From IMG/VR virus record IMGVR_UViG_3300035524_000037, positions 1-34,281 of that record: a DNA stretch of 34,281 nt; one strand, 5' to 3'. The notes below the pieces were generated by a model. The model did not search any database, was not told the DNA's origin, and worked only from the letters and a program-made list of their open reading frames with translations. Position numbers and translations under genes: made by a program. The DNA is from a virus. Lineage: Duplodnaviria > Caudoviricetes. Below, in pieces: positions 1-8,055 of this stretch; the stretch's first letter is position 1; the number at the start of each line of letters is the position of its first letter.

Positions 1-84
1 AAAATACAAAATTTTCAAATTGTTATAAATGACATCTCCGCAGTCCAAGCTACCGAACCACCGGTAGCTCCGCCCAGCGGGTAG
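1..84 (+). CDS. possible 3' end of an upstream AT-rich gene (partial)
   Basis: Frame open from base 1 (KIQNFQIVINDISAVQATEPPVAPPSG) to TAG at 82-84; too short to identify. Confidence 0.25.
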   Translation, partial: KIQNFQIVINDISAVQATEPPVAPPSG

Positions 85-262
85 TATACTGTAGGGGGGC
101 AGATGACTTGAGAAACGGCCAGGCACCCCGATAACATGAGACGAATGTGGTACAAACGTAGGACAGACGCGGGCTTCGGGCTATAGCGAAAGCGGGAAAT
201 GGGGAAAAGTCAAGATGAGAAAGATACCTCAAAAATAGGCTCTTTTTTGCAAGCAATTTGAG

Positions 263-297
263 AAAAGGCGACCGGATACCGGCCGCCTTTTTGTTTT
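263..297. terminator. bidirectional intrinsic terminator
   Basis: AAAAGGCGACCGG-ATA-CCGGCCGCCTTTTT hairpin with A and T tracts on either side, downstream of the convergent repressor gene. Confidence 0.8.
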
Positions 298-382
298 CGC
301 CAATCCGTTAAAGTCTTGATTGCATACATATATAGATATGTTAACGGCGAACCTTGTTAACCTTTCGGTCCTCTCCCTCTGA

Positions 383-832
383 TCAGGCGCAATTTTGGGC
401 GTCTTCAGGCGTCGCAGGTGGTGCGGCGCGGGCCTTGGCTCGCTCCAGTTCTACACGCAGATCTCCATTCTCTTTCCATAGCTGCCGGTTCTCGACTATC
501 AGTTCGCGGTTCAGTTCGCGTTCCATTCCCAATTCCTTTTGCAGCAACACACAGTTGGCGCAATTTCCGCGCGGTTCGTCGTGTGGCTGCCCGATGTCCG
601 CATTTTGTTCGCCGTCAGTGGTGCGAAGCATGGGGCCTTCGCCGAGGATTAGCCATGAGACGGAGACACCATATCTGGTGCACAATTCCGTGATAAAATC
701 CGTGTCGGGCCTACTTGAGCCTCGCTCGTAACGGCTTAATGAATTTTTATGCACACCCAAGGCTTCAGCGAACTCTGCTTGTGTGCGTTCTCCTCGAACC
801 TTTTTGATACGGTGACCTACCGAGGTGTCCAA
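383..832 (-). CDS. phage repressor, XRE/Cro-C1 HTH with C-terminal CxxC and coiled coil
   Basis: TQAEFAEALGVHKNSLSRYERG...VSWLILGEGPM HTH signature; TTG start preceded by AGGAGG; divergent from the early operon. Confidence 0.9.
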   Translation of the reverse strand: MDTSVGHRIKKVRGERTQAEFAEALGVHKNSLSRYERGSSRPDTDFITELCTRYGVSVSWLILGEGPMLRTTDGEQNADIGQPHDEPRGNCANCVLLQKELGMERELNRELIVENRQLWKENGDLRVELERAKARAAPPATPEDAQNCA

Positions 833-939
833 GTTCGCCTCCTGAAGTTGGACAAAAAGTTGGACACCCTCGCTCTCTTAGCATCCCCTTGAAGTTATAG
901 GGGATAAAAATAAAATCACGATTTTTTAACTTAGACACC
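824..939. promoter_or_regulatory. four candidate repressor operators, consensus AA(C/G)TT(G/A)GACA(CC)
   Basis: Copies at 824-835 (inverted), 845-854, 857-868 and 928-939 in the divergent control region. Confidence 0.6.
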
Positions 940-947
940 AAAAAAGG

Positions 948-977
948 TTGACTAAGAACTAAAATCGAGAATATAAA
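948..977 (+). promoter_or_regulatory. candidate early sigma70 promoter
   Basis: TTGACT-N18-TATAAA just downstream of the last operator copy. Confidence 0.5.
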
Positions 978-1090
978 AAGGGCGTGGGCGGCAATAAAAA
1001 CAATCACACACAAACCCAATTTAGCACCCGCTCACGCAAACGGTCAATGCGGCAAATTGGACGGTAACGAGCAGACCAGCGGACGGTGAC

Positions 1091-1534
1091 GTGAAGCAGC
1101 TCTCTCTCTTCCACGAATGCGATGATGACGCGGCAATTGCCGCGCTCGCCAGCCTGCTGCCCATCATAAGGGCGGCCATGGCTCGTGTGGCGGCCGAGCA
1201 CCCCACGTTGTCCCGCGACCTGATCGCCGATCGCATGACCGAAATATCCCGATCCGCCGGGGTCAAATTGAGCCGCGGGAACGCCAAGAGCGTCAAGACG
1301 GCCACGCTGGACAAGTGGCTTGCTCCGGCGGATCGGGACCATCCACCCTCTCTCCCCGCCCTCATGGCCTTCTGCCTGGCGACCAGGGACATCCGTCCTT
1401 TGGAACCCATGCTGAAGGCCATGGGATGCGAGGTGATGACCGCTGAGGACCGGAAAATGCGCGACTACGGAAAAGCAATCCTGGCGGAGCGTGAGGCCAA
1501 GAAACTACAACGTAAACTGGAGGCTGATCTTTAA
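1091..1534 (+). CDS. early regulatory protein, CII-like HTH
   Basis: LSRDLIADRMTE...TLDKWLAP...HPPSLPALMAFC pattern typical of first early genes; position. Confidence 0.6.
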   Translation: MKQLSLFHECDDDAAIAALASLLPIIRAAMARVAAEHPTLSRDLIADRMTEISRSAGVKLSRGNAKSVKTATLDKWLAPADRDHPPSLPALMAFCLATRDIRPLEPMLKAMGCEVMTAEDRKMRDYGKAILAEREAKKLQRKLEADL

Positions 1535-1821
1535 TGAGCGTGAGCGTGAACGTGAACAAGTGCGCGGCCGCGGCCGCAGGGCGTGCTCGGCGCCCGTGGC
1601 GCATCAAGGAATGGCTGGATGAGCGGGGACTGACCTATGCGAACGTTGCTGAACGGGCAGGCCTGCGCGCCCACTCTATTGTGAGCCGGACCGTACGGGG
1701 GCAAGTGAACAACCGACGGGTACTGAAGACATTGCTGGAGTTAGGATGTCCGGCCGGATACCTCGGGTTGCCGAATGACCTTATTGACCTGCCGGAACAG
1801 GATAAAAAGCAGGTGGCGTAA
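1534..1821 (+). CDS. Ner/Cro-like HTH DNA-binding protein
   Basis: IKEWLDERGLTYANVAERAG...VSRTVRG HTH; TAATG coupling to upstream gene; Ner position. Confidence 0.65.
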   Translation: MSVSVNVNKCAAAAAGRARRPWRIKEWLDERGLTYANVAERAGLRAHSIVSRTVRGQVNNRRVLKTLLELGCPAGYLGLPNDLIDLPEQDKKQVA

Positions 1822-2048
1822 TGACGACCATGGGACTCAAACGTCCTGCCAAGACAGGAATAAAAGCCGGGTGCCGGTATCTGCTCTGGTGCAAGATTGG
1901 CGGAGAAATGCAGCTCACGAGCGTGATGTGCAAGGGCGCTCCGTACGCGGTGCGGCTCGGGAATGGCGGCACGGCCACCTATGTGGATGTGTACGGCTAC
2001 GGGGTGCGGGCGGCGGTAAACATCAAGAAACTGCGGGAGAAAGCATAA
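1821..2048 (+). CDS. hypothetical protein
   Basis: TAATG coupling at both ends; AGGTGG SD. Confidence 0.6.
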   Translation: MTTMGLKRPAKTGIKAGCRYLLWCKIGGEMQLTSVMCKGAPYAVRLGNGGTATYVDVYGYGVRAAVNIKKLREKA

Positions 2049-2287
2049 TGATACGTAAAAGCATGAAAGTCGGCGAGAGAGATCTGCTCTCCGGGTTGCC
2101 GAGGTACATCGCGATAGACAATGGCACAGGCTATACAGCTCAGATCGTTATGGGCGTGCTGTCCAAGGCAATCGAAGAGGAAATGGATTTTCGGCTATAC
2201 AAGAAAGCAGTGGCTTCCCAAGTTGCAGATTATTCGACCCATGCAGAAGTCCACTCGGAATCTTCTGAATTTCATAAAGTTCCATAA
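2048..2287 (+). CDS. hypothetical protein with a DNG motif resembling a DDE transposase segment
   Basis: TAATG coupling, GGGAGA SD; GLPRYIAIDNGTGY; 3' part overlaps the antisense gene. Confidence 0.4.
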   Translation: MIRKSMKVGERDLLSGLPRYIAIDNGTGYTAQIVMGVLSKAIEEEMDFRLYKKAVASQVADYSTHAEVHSESSEFHKVP

Positions 2288-2510
2288 GACAAATATACTG
2301 TGACAATATTTCATACAAAGCACTTTTGTCTTTAGTCGAAAACATGGTGACCTCTTCGGCAGTCAAATTATCGGATTCAAGGAGTAGCTGTTGCATTCTT
2401 TCTGCGGAGACTTGGTCAACTTCTTCTTTTGCTATTTGTCCTACGGACTCCCGGAAGGCGGCCATCATGAAATTGTAAATTACAGCTTCAACATCATTTG
2501 CGGATGACAT
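2148..2510 (-). CDS. AT-rich antisense moron, hypothetical protein
   Basis: 120 aa ORF, AGGAG SD, lower GC than flanks, opposite to the operon. Confidence 0.6.
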   Translation of the reverse strand: MSSANDVEAVIYNFMMAAFRESVGQIAKEEVDQVSAERMQQLLLESDNLTAEEVTMFSTKDKSALYEILSQYICLMELYEIQKIPSGLLHGSNNLQLGKPLLSCIAENPFPLRLPWTARP

Positions 2511-2608
2511 TCTCGGCTCCTACCGTTGCGGGTTAGCAAAAAGAAACTAAGCAAGCGATAGCAAAAGGAGTCGGACCACACAACCCGGAGAGCAGGCAAG
2601 GGACCGAT

Positions 2609-4711
2609 ATGAAAGACGCATACACCACAAAGCAAATCGCAATCGCGCTTGATGTACCTGTACGGACCGCCAATCGCCGTGCAAAGCGCGGGGGCTGGCC
2701 CTCGCGGTCCCGGTCCGGGCGTGGGGGCGGGTATGAGTGGTTGGCGTCGGGGTTGCCGGGGGATGTCAAAACGGCTCTGGCCGTCCGTGAGGCGAAGCAG
2801 GAATCCAAAAGTGTTCCACCCGCGCTCCCTGGCGTGGTGATCCCTGATTGGGCGCACCGCATCGGCATGGCCCGGTATCGGCTGGTGTTGGAGTGGCGCG
2901 CCTTTACGGCAAAAGGAGCCGCCCAGGGGAAAGGGGCTGCCACAAAGGCATTTTTAGCCGCGTATCATTCTGGGCAACTGCTGCCCGCGCCATTTGAAGT
3001 CCTGGGAGCGATATCGGATAAGACGCTGTATCGCTGGGACAAGAAACTACGAGACCATGCGGACGATTACACCGTGCTTTGCGACGGACGCGGCAAGTGG
3101 AAACGCGGCGGGAAGAAAGGCTGCGGCCAGATCGGGCGGGAAGCGGAGCAAATTTTCCTCACCACATGGCTCACGCCCAACAAGCCGTCCATTCAGCTTG
3201 CCTATAAAGCGACCGAGGCGGTGCTGCTCAAACGCGGCTTGCCCGTGCCGAGCTATGCTTCGTTTCGCCGGTTCGCCCAGCGGTTCGACACGACGCACCA
3301 TGACCTCGTGGTGCTCAAGCGTGAGGGGGAAAAAGCCCTTAAGGACAGCGTGGGTCCGTACATCGCACGGAATACGGACTTGCTTTCCGTGGGCGACGTG
3401 CTTTTCTGCGATGGTCATGTGCTGAACTTCAATTGTCTGCATCCCACCACGGGCAAACCGGTGCGGATGACGCTGATCTGCTGGTTTGACTGGCGCAGCC
3501 ACATGCCGGTCGGGTGGGAGATCATGCCTTCGGAAAATACGCAGGCCATCAGTGCCGCTCTGAAAATGGCCATCCAGAATCTTGGCCAATATCCACGCTG
3601 CGTCTACATCGACAACGGCAAGGCGTTTCGTTCGAAATATTTCACAAAGACAGATGCCGATTTTGGAGAGTTCAATGGCCTGTATGCGCGTCTGGGCATT
3701 GCCGTGCAATTCTCCCGCCCCTACGAGGCGCGTACCAAGATCGTGGAACGCTTTTTTCGCACCTTCAATGAACAGTGCGCCCGGCTGATCAATAGTTACA
3801 GCGGCGCATCCATCGCGGACAAACCCGCCTGGACCAAGCGAAATGAGAAATGGCACCAGGCGCGTCATTCGGACTGGACACCGCGCATAGAGGACGCAGC
3901 GGCGATTTTCCGCGCCTTTGTGGGCTGGTACGGACAGCAGCGCCACCGGGGCATGGGGGGCCAGCGGCCGCTGGAAGTGCTCAGCGCCGGACGCGGAGAG
4001 GGTGTTCCCTTGGAAGACCTGAACCGCCATTTCCTGATGTCCAAACTGGTCAAGCGCCCGGACCGTTGCGGATTCACCATCGCGGGCATCCGTTACGAAT
4101 CCGACGCGCTCTATGGCCTGAACAAGCCGTTCCAGGCCAAATACAGTTGGGCTGACCTGTCCGAAGTGCATCTGTATGACGAAGAGGGGCGCAAGATCGG
4201 CACGGCGCGTCCTACTGAAGCCATCCACCCGCTAGCCCGGCAATTCGGCAACGAATTGGACCTGCTCAAGGTGCAGGAGGAGAACAAGCGGCAAAAATCG
4301 CTCAAACAATCCACCCTGCGCCTAGCCGATGCCCTGGACGGCGCTCCGTGCAACGCCCTGGAACAACTGCCCTGGATGCAGCGGGAAAAAGCGCCGATCA
4401 AAGCGGTACCCAAGCCGAAGCAAGCACCCCGGTCCGAGCTGACCACAGCGGACCGCCAGCGTTTGGAAAATGTGCGGCAGAAAGCCTTGGAATCTGTCGG
4501 CAACCAGGTGCGTCGGCCAGCTTTTTTCTCCAGCCCGTATGACCGGTATGAGTGGTGTTTTTTTACCTCGGTGCGAGACGGTCAGCCCATTTCGGAAAAG
4601 GACCGGATCTTCATGCGGGAATACGAAACCTCGGACGAATATCGCGAACACACGGGCGAACGCTTCCGACAACTTCGGGTGCTGTACGGCGTAAACGCCT
4701 GTGCCAACTAA
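2609..4711 (+). CDS. Mu-type DDE transposase (MuA-like)
   Basis: N-terminal Mu DNA-binding HTH (YTTKQIA...RRAKRGGWPSR...GGGYEW); catalytic FCDGH, YIDNG, KIVERFF; 700 aa. Confidence 0.96.
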   Translation: MKDAYTTKQIAIALDVPVRTANRRAKRGGWPSRSRSGRGGGYEWLASGLPGDVKTALAVREAKQESKSVPPALPGVVIPDWAHRIGMARYRLVLEWRAFTAKGAAQGKGAATKAFLAAYHSGQLLPAPFEVLGAISDKTLYRWDKKLRDHADDYTVLCDGRGKWKRGGKKGCGQIGREAEQIFLTTWLTPNKPSIQLAYKATEAVLLKRGLPVPSYASFRRFAQRFDTTHHDLVVLKREGEKALKDSVGPYIARNTDLLSVGDVLFCDGHVLNFNCLHPTTGKPVRMTLICWFDWRSHMPVGWEIMPSENTQAISAALKMAIQNLGQYPRCVYIDNGKAFRSKYFTKTDADFGEFNGLYARLGIAVQFSRPYEARTKIVERFFRTFNEQCARLINSYSGASIADKPAWTKRNEKWHQARHSDWTPRIEDAAAIFRAFVGWYGQQRHRGMGGQRPLEVLSAGRGEGVPLEDLNRHFLMSKLVKRPDRCGFTIAGIRYESDALYGLNKPFQAKYSWADLSEVHLYDEEGRKIGTARPTEAIHPLARQFGNELDLLKVQEENKRQKSLKQSTLRLADALDGAPCNALEQLPWMQREKAPIKAVPKPKQAPRSELTTADRQRLENVRQKALESVGNQVRRPAFFSSPYDRYEWCFFTSVRDGQPISEKDRIFMREYETSDEYREHTGERFRQLRVLYGVNACAN

Positions 4712-4727
4712 AGGAGGAAGGATAGCC

Positions 4728-5423
4728 ATGCGGCGGGACGTATTCATTGAGACACACAACGTCGGGGCGTTGCGCCGGGCCATGTCGGTGTTGACCGACA
4801 CCGAGCGCGGGCAACCGGGCATCGGCGTTGTGCAGGGCGAGGCGGGACGCGGCAAAACCATGGCCGCGACGGAATGGCATGCCGTAAACGGCGGCGTATT
4901 CCTCCGTGCCATGGAAGGCTGGACCCAACATGCCTTCATGCAATCCCTGACCTGGGAGCTGACCGGGGACCGGCCCACGGGCGTGGAACGTTGCAGGCAA
5001 CGCCTGATGCGTCAGCTTGGCGACACTCCCCAGGTGATCATTGTTGACGAAGCGGACCGCCTGCAAATCGGTCGCATCGAAGACTTGCGGGACATTCATG
5101 ACATGACCGGCTGCCCGGTGCTGCTGATCGGGGAAGAGGGACTTTATCCCCGGCTCCATGCCCGGCGGCGTATCTATTCACGCGTGACGCAGGTGGTGGA
5201 TTTCCAGCCGGTCAGCGCCGAGGACTGCCTGCTCTTTGCCCACCAGGCTGCGGCCCTGCACTTGACTCCGGAAGCGGCGCACCGCCTCGCGCAGATCGCG
5301 GGCGGATCGTTTCGCATGGTCTTTGGCTTTCTGCTCAGGCTGGAAGATTATGCCAAAGCCCAGCAGTGCGATGACGTAGACGTTAAAACGCTTGAAACCG
5401 CTGGAATCCGGGGGCGGGCATGA
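4728..5423 (+). CDS. MuB-like AAA+ ATPase
   Basis: Walker A GEAGRGKT, Walker B IIVDEAD, LRDIHD; follows the transposase. Confidence 0.95.
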   Translation: MRRDVFIETHNVGALRRAMSVLTDTERGQPGIGVVQGEAGRGKTMAATEWHAVNGGVFLRAMEGWTQHAFMQSLTWELTGDRPTGVERCRQRLMRQLGDTPQVIIVDEADRLQIGRIEDLRDIHDMTGCPVLLIGEEGLYPRLHARRRIYSRVTQVVDFQPVSAEDCLLFAHQAAALHLTPEAAHRLAQIAGGSFRMVFGFLLRLEDYAKAQQCDDVDVKTLETAGIRGRA

Positions 5424-6064
5424 AGTCCACGCAAATGGACCACCTCCGCGCCGTGGTGCAGGGGCTGTCCCGCAACGGCGAATTGGCGTTGAGCAATGCC
5501 CTGGTTTACCGCGCACTGGACGTGGAGTGCGACGCCGAACGCGCCGTGGTCCGGCGGCAGCTCAATGAAATGGTCCGGCGGCACGAGCTGGAACGCACGG
5601 GACGCGGGGAATATCGGTACAATTCCAAGGCCCGCCCCGGCCGCTCTGCCCCAGGATATCAACGGATGTGGCGCGCGATTCGGGCCAGCAAGGGGACATT
5701 TTCGTATTCCGAAATCGCGGCGGTATCGCACGTGGAAATCAGTTTTGTGAACCGTTACTGCCGGTTTTTGCTGACAGAAAACTGCATTCGCAAAAACGGC
5801 AAGGACGGTACGCGGCTGCTCTTTTCCCTGACGGCGAAGGGGCGGGAAACGCGCAGCACGCCATACCCGCCCAGGCGCATTGCCCCGCCGTTCGAAGCGG
5901 AGCGCAAGGCCATGAGCCGCATGGCCCGCGTGTTTTTTGAGGACGATCTCTATGGTGCCAAGGCCCGGGGAATGATTGCAAAAGAGTGCCGGACCATCCT
6001 GGCCCGGTTTGGCGGTGAAATCGAAGGAGGCGACAATGAACGAGACGAGCAGAAAGACGGGTAA
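5420..6064 (+). CDS. hypothetical DNA-binding protein (winged-helix-like)
   Basis: ATGA overlap with B gene; basic; FSYSEIAAVSHVEISFVNRYCRFL helix-turn-helix-like segment. Confidence 0.6.
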   Translation: MKSTQMDHLRAVVQGLSRNGELALSNALVYRALDVECDAERAVVRRQLNEMVRRHELERTGRGEYRYNSKARPGRSAPGYQRMWRAIRASKGTFSYSEIAAVSHVEISFVNRYCRFLLTENCIRKNGKDGTRLLFSLTAKGRETRSTPYPPRRIAPPFEAERKAMSRMARVFFEDDLYGAKARGMIAKECRTILARFGGEIEGGDNERDEQKDG

Positions 6065-6296
6065 CGGCTCCTGGCGCGCGCCGGTCGGGCCGATCAGCCG
6101 GAACATCAGCAGCGCGGCCCTGGAGCTGAAGGCGCTGATACAGCGCGGCATGAGCAGCGAGGACATGGAACAGGCCACGCAACATTGCAACACGATTCTC
6201 TGCGAGAGCGAGCGCGTGGCCGAACTGGAAACCTCCGCCCCTGTGGTGCTGCTTTGCGCGAGCATACGCGGCGGCGGGAAGAAAACCGTGCAATAG
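6036..6296 (+). CDS. hypothetical protein
   Basis: AAGGAGG SD before ATG; fills the gap before gam. Confidence 0.65.
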   Translation: MNETSRKTGNGSWRAPVGPISRNISSAALELKALIQRGMSSEDMEQATQHCNTILCESERVAELETSAPVVLLCASIRGGGKKTVQ

Positions 6297-6305
6297 GAGG
6301 ATGTT

Positions 6306-6818
6306 GTGGCGAGGTTGAAACCCAGAACCCGGATCATTGCGGACGTCAAGCAGGCCGAGGCGGCCATGCATGAATTGGCGTCGTTGAGCCGGGAGGTTGC
6401 GGCCATTGATCTGGACGCCCAGGAGGCCATGGACCAGATCAAGAAAAATGCACGGGCGGAAATGGAGCCGCTCCAGGCCCGGCGCAAGGAGTTGGAAGGC
6501 GCGCTGTGCACGTTCGGCGAGCTGAACAAGGGTGAGTTGTTCAGCCGCAAGCGCAGCGTGGAAACCCCGTTCGGGGCGTATGGATTCCGCAAGTCCACCA
6601 AGCTCTTGACCGCTGCCAAGGTGACGCTCGGCATGGTCCTGGAGCGGCTCAAAGAACTGAATATCAAGGATGCGGTCCGCGTCAAGGAAAGCGTGGACAA
6701 GGAAGCCCTGCGGGAATGGCCCGAGGAACGGCTCGAGGCCGTGGGCATGCGCCGGGTGGTCAAGGATGAATTCTTTATCGAAGTCAACGCGGACGCGTTG
6801 GACGAATCCGCACCATAG
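6306..6818 (+). CDS. gam: host-nuclease inhibitor Gam
   Basis: Coiled N-half then KRSVETPFGAYGFRKS and RVKESVDKEAL...KDEFFIE, the Mu Gam pattern; AGGAGG SD. Confidence 0.92.
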   Translation: MARLKPRTRIIADVKQAEAAMHELASLSREVAAIDLDAQEAMDQIKKNARAEMEPLQARRKELEGALCTFGELNKGELFSRKRSVETPFGAYGFRKSTKLLTAAKVTLGMVLERLKELNIKDAVRVKESVDKEALREWPEERLEAVGMRRVVKDEFFIEVNADALDESAP

Positions 6819-6837
6819 GAAATCCGGGAGGCTCGAC

Positions 6838-7110
6838 ATGACCAAAAAAGAATTAGTGGCTGCGGTTGCCCACAGCACGGTGTGTTTGGAGATGGAGGCT
6901 CGGCTCGCGGTGGAGGCGGTGCTGGAGGAGATCACCGCGGAGCTGGCCCGGGGCGGGCGCGTGAGCCTGCACAATTTCGGCACATTTGAGACCAAGGAAC
7001 GCCCGGCCCGCCAGGGCCGCAATCCGCAGACCGGCGAGGCCGTGGATATCCCGGCCGGACGGCGCATCCGATTTCGCCCGGCCAGGGCGCTCAAGGAGGC
7101 GGTGCAATGA
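6838..7110 (+). CDS. HU/IHF-family DNA-binding protein
   Basis: MTKKELV...NFGTFETKERPARQGRNPQTGEAVDIPA...FRPARALKEAV. Confidence 0.95.
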   Translation: MTKKELVAAVAHSTVCLEMEARLAVEAVLEEITAELARGGRVSLHNFGTFETKERPARQGRNPQTGEAVDIPAGRRIRFRPARALKEAVQ

Positions 7111-7283
7111 CGGAGCTGCGGGTCGATCAAGCGATTAACATCCTGGAGTACCTGGAGAGCAACCACGCCCAGTTTGTGGCCAGCCTGGAGTCTCTGGGTA
7201 TCGAAGACGCCGAGGACGAGGCTAGCGAGATTGAGCGGATCCTTTGCGAGATCGGCGGAGCCGCCGACTGCGACGAACGATAG
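7107..7283 (+). CDS. small acidic hypothetical protein (58 aa, not in ORF track)
   Basis: AAGGAGG SD, ATGA overlap; MTELRVDQAINILEYLESNHAQFVASLESLGIEDAEDEASEIERILCEIGGAADCDER. Confidence 0.7.
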   Translation: MTELRVDQAINILEYLESNHAQFVASLESLGIEDAEDEASEIERILCEIGGAADCDER

Positions 7284-7342
7284 CGAAACCGCCCTGCGGG
7301 GCGGTCGCCGGGGCGTGGCGGCCCCGGCCTGATGAGCAGCCA
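7283..7342 (+). ncRNA. type II hammerhead ribozyme
   Basis: C-GAAA, stem III CCGCCC/GGGCGG, GUC cleavage triplet (C7306), stem I GCCGGGGC/GCCCCGGC, CUGAUGA-G; loop I UGGC can pair with 3' GCCA. Confidence 0.9.
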
Positions 7343-7351
7343 AAGGACGAC

Positions 7352-7600
7352 ATGATCTGGCAAGACTACGTGATATCCGCCGTGGGCTGGGCGTTTGCCG
7401 TGGCCCTGGTGCCGACGCTGCGGCCCGGCGCGCCCAAGCCGCCCGCCCTGACATCGTTTTGCAACGCGGCCTTGCTGTGGGTGCTTGGCTTGACCATGTC
7501 CACGCTCGGCACGCGCCTGGGGGCGCTGTCCATGCTTGTCACCTCCGGCTGCTGGGCGGTCATCGGGATCCAGGGCATCCGCACTGGGAGGAAGTCATGA
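7352..7600 (+). CDS. small membrane protein, about 3 transmembrane helices
   Basis: AAGGA SD; three hydrophobic stretches in 82 aa; ATGA overlap with gemA. Confidence 0.7.
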   Translation: MIWQDYVISAVGWAFAVALVPTLRPGAPKPPALTSFCNAALLWVLGLTMSTLGTRLGALSMLVTSGCWAVIGIQGIRTGRKS

Positions 7601-8055
7601 GCAGCCCCGCAGAAAGCCGCCGGTCCCTACTGGCCAAGGTCCATATCGCCAAGAAGCAGCTCGGTATGAGCGACGACGATTACCGCCAGATGCTGCTGGA
7701 CCGTTTCGACGTGGACTCTTCCGCAAAGCTGCCGTTTCTCAAGCTCAATGAGCTGGTGCGGCACTTCGAGGCGTTGGGGGTGACGTTCACGTCCAGCCGC
7801 AATCGCGCCTCGCAACGGCGGGCAAATTTCTACGAAGTGCCGGACGGCGTGTCCTACGCCCGGCAGAAGCGGATGATCGCGGCCATGTGGCGCGGGCTGG
7901 GCTGGAAAATGAGCGGCCTGGACGTGCGCGCCCGCAAGCAGTTCGGCGTGGAGAAGTTCGTCTGGATCAAGGAGCAGGAGCACTTGCAGACCCTGGCCAA
8001 AGACCTGCTGACCCGCTGTCGGGCAAAGGGCGTGGATGTCGAGGGCATGGTCTAG
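7597..8055 (+). CDS. gemA: GemA / Mu gp16 family protein
   Basis: RRSLLAKVHIAKKQLGMSDDDYRQML...SSAKL...QKRMIAAMW motif. Confidence 0.9.
   Translation: MSSPAESRRSLLAKVHIAKKQLGMSDDDYRQMLLDRFDVDSSAKLPFLKLNELVRHFEALGVTFTSSRNRASQRRANFYEVPDGVSYARQKRMIAAMWRGLGWKMSGLDVRARKQFGVEKFVWIKEQEHLQTLAKDLLTRCRAKGVDVEGMV

Noticed and set aside
824-939. Short repeats as a mini CRISPR array
   Set aside because: Repeats are 10-12 bp, irregularly spaced and one is inverted; operator-like
3047-7454. Long minus-strand ORFs (393, 479, 571 aa and others)
   Set aside because: Shadow frames of GC-rich plus-strand genes that carry clear family motifs; no motifs of their own
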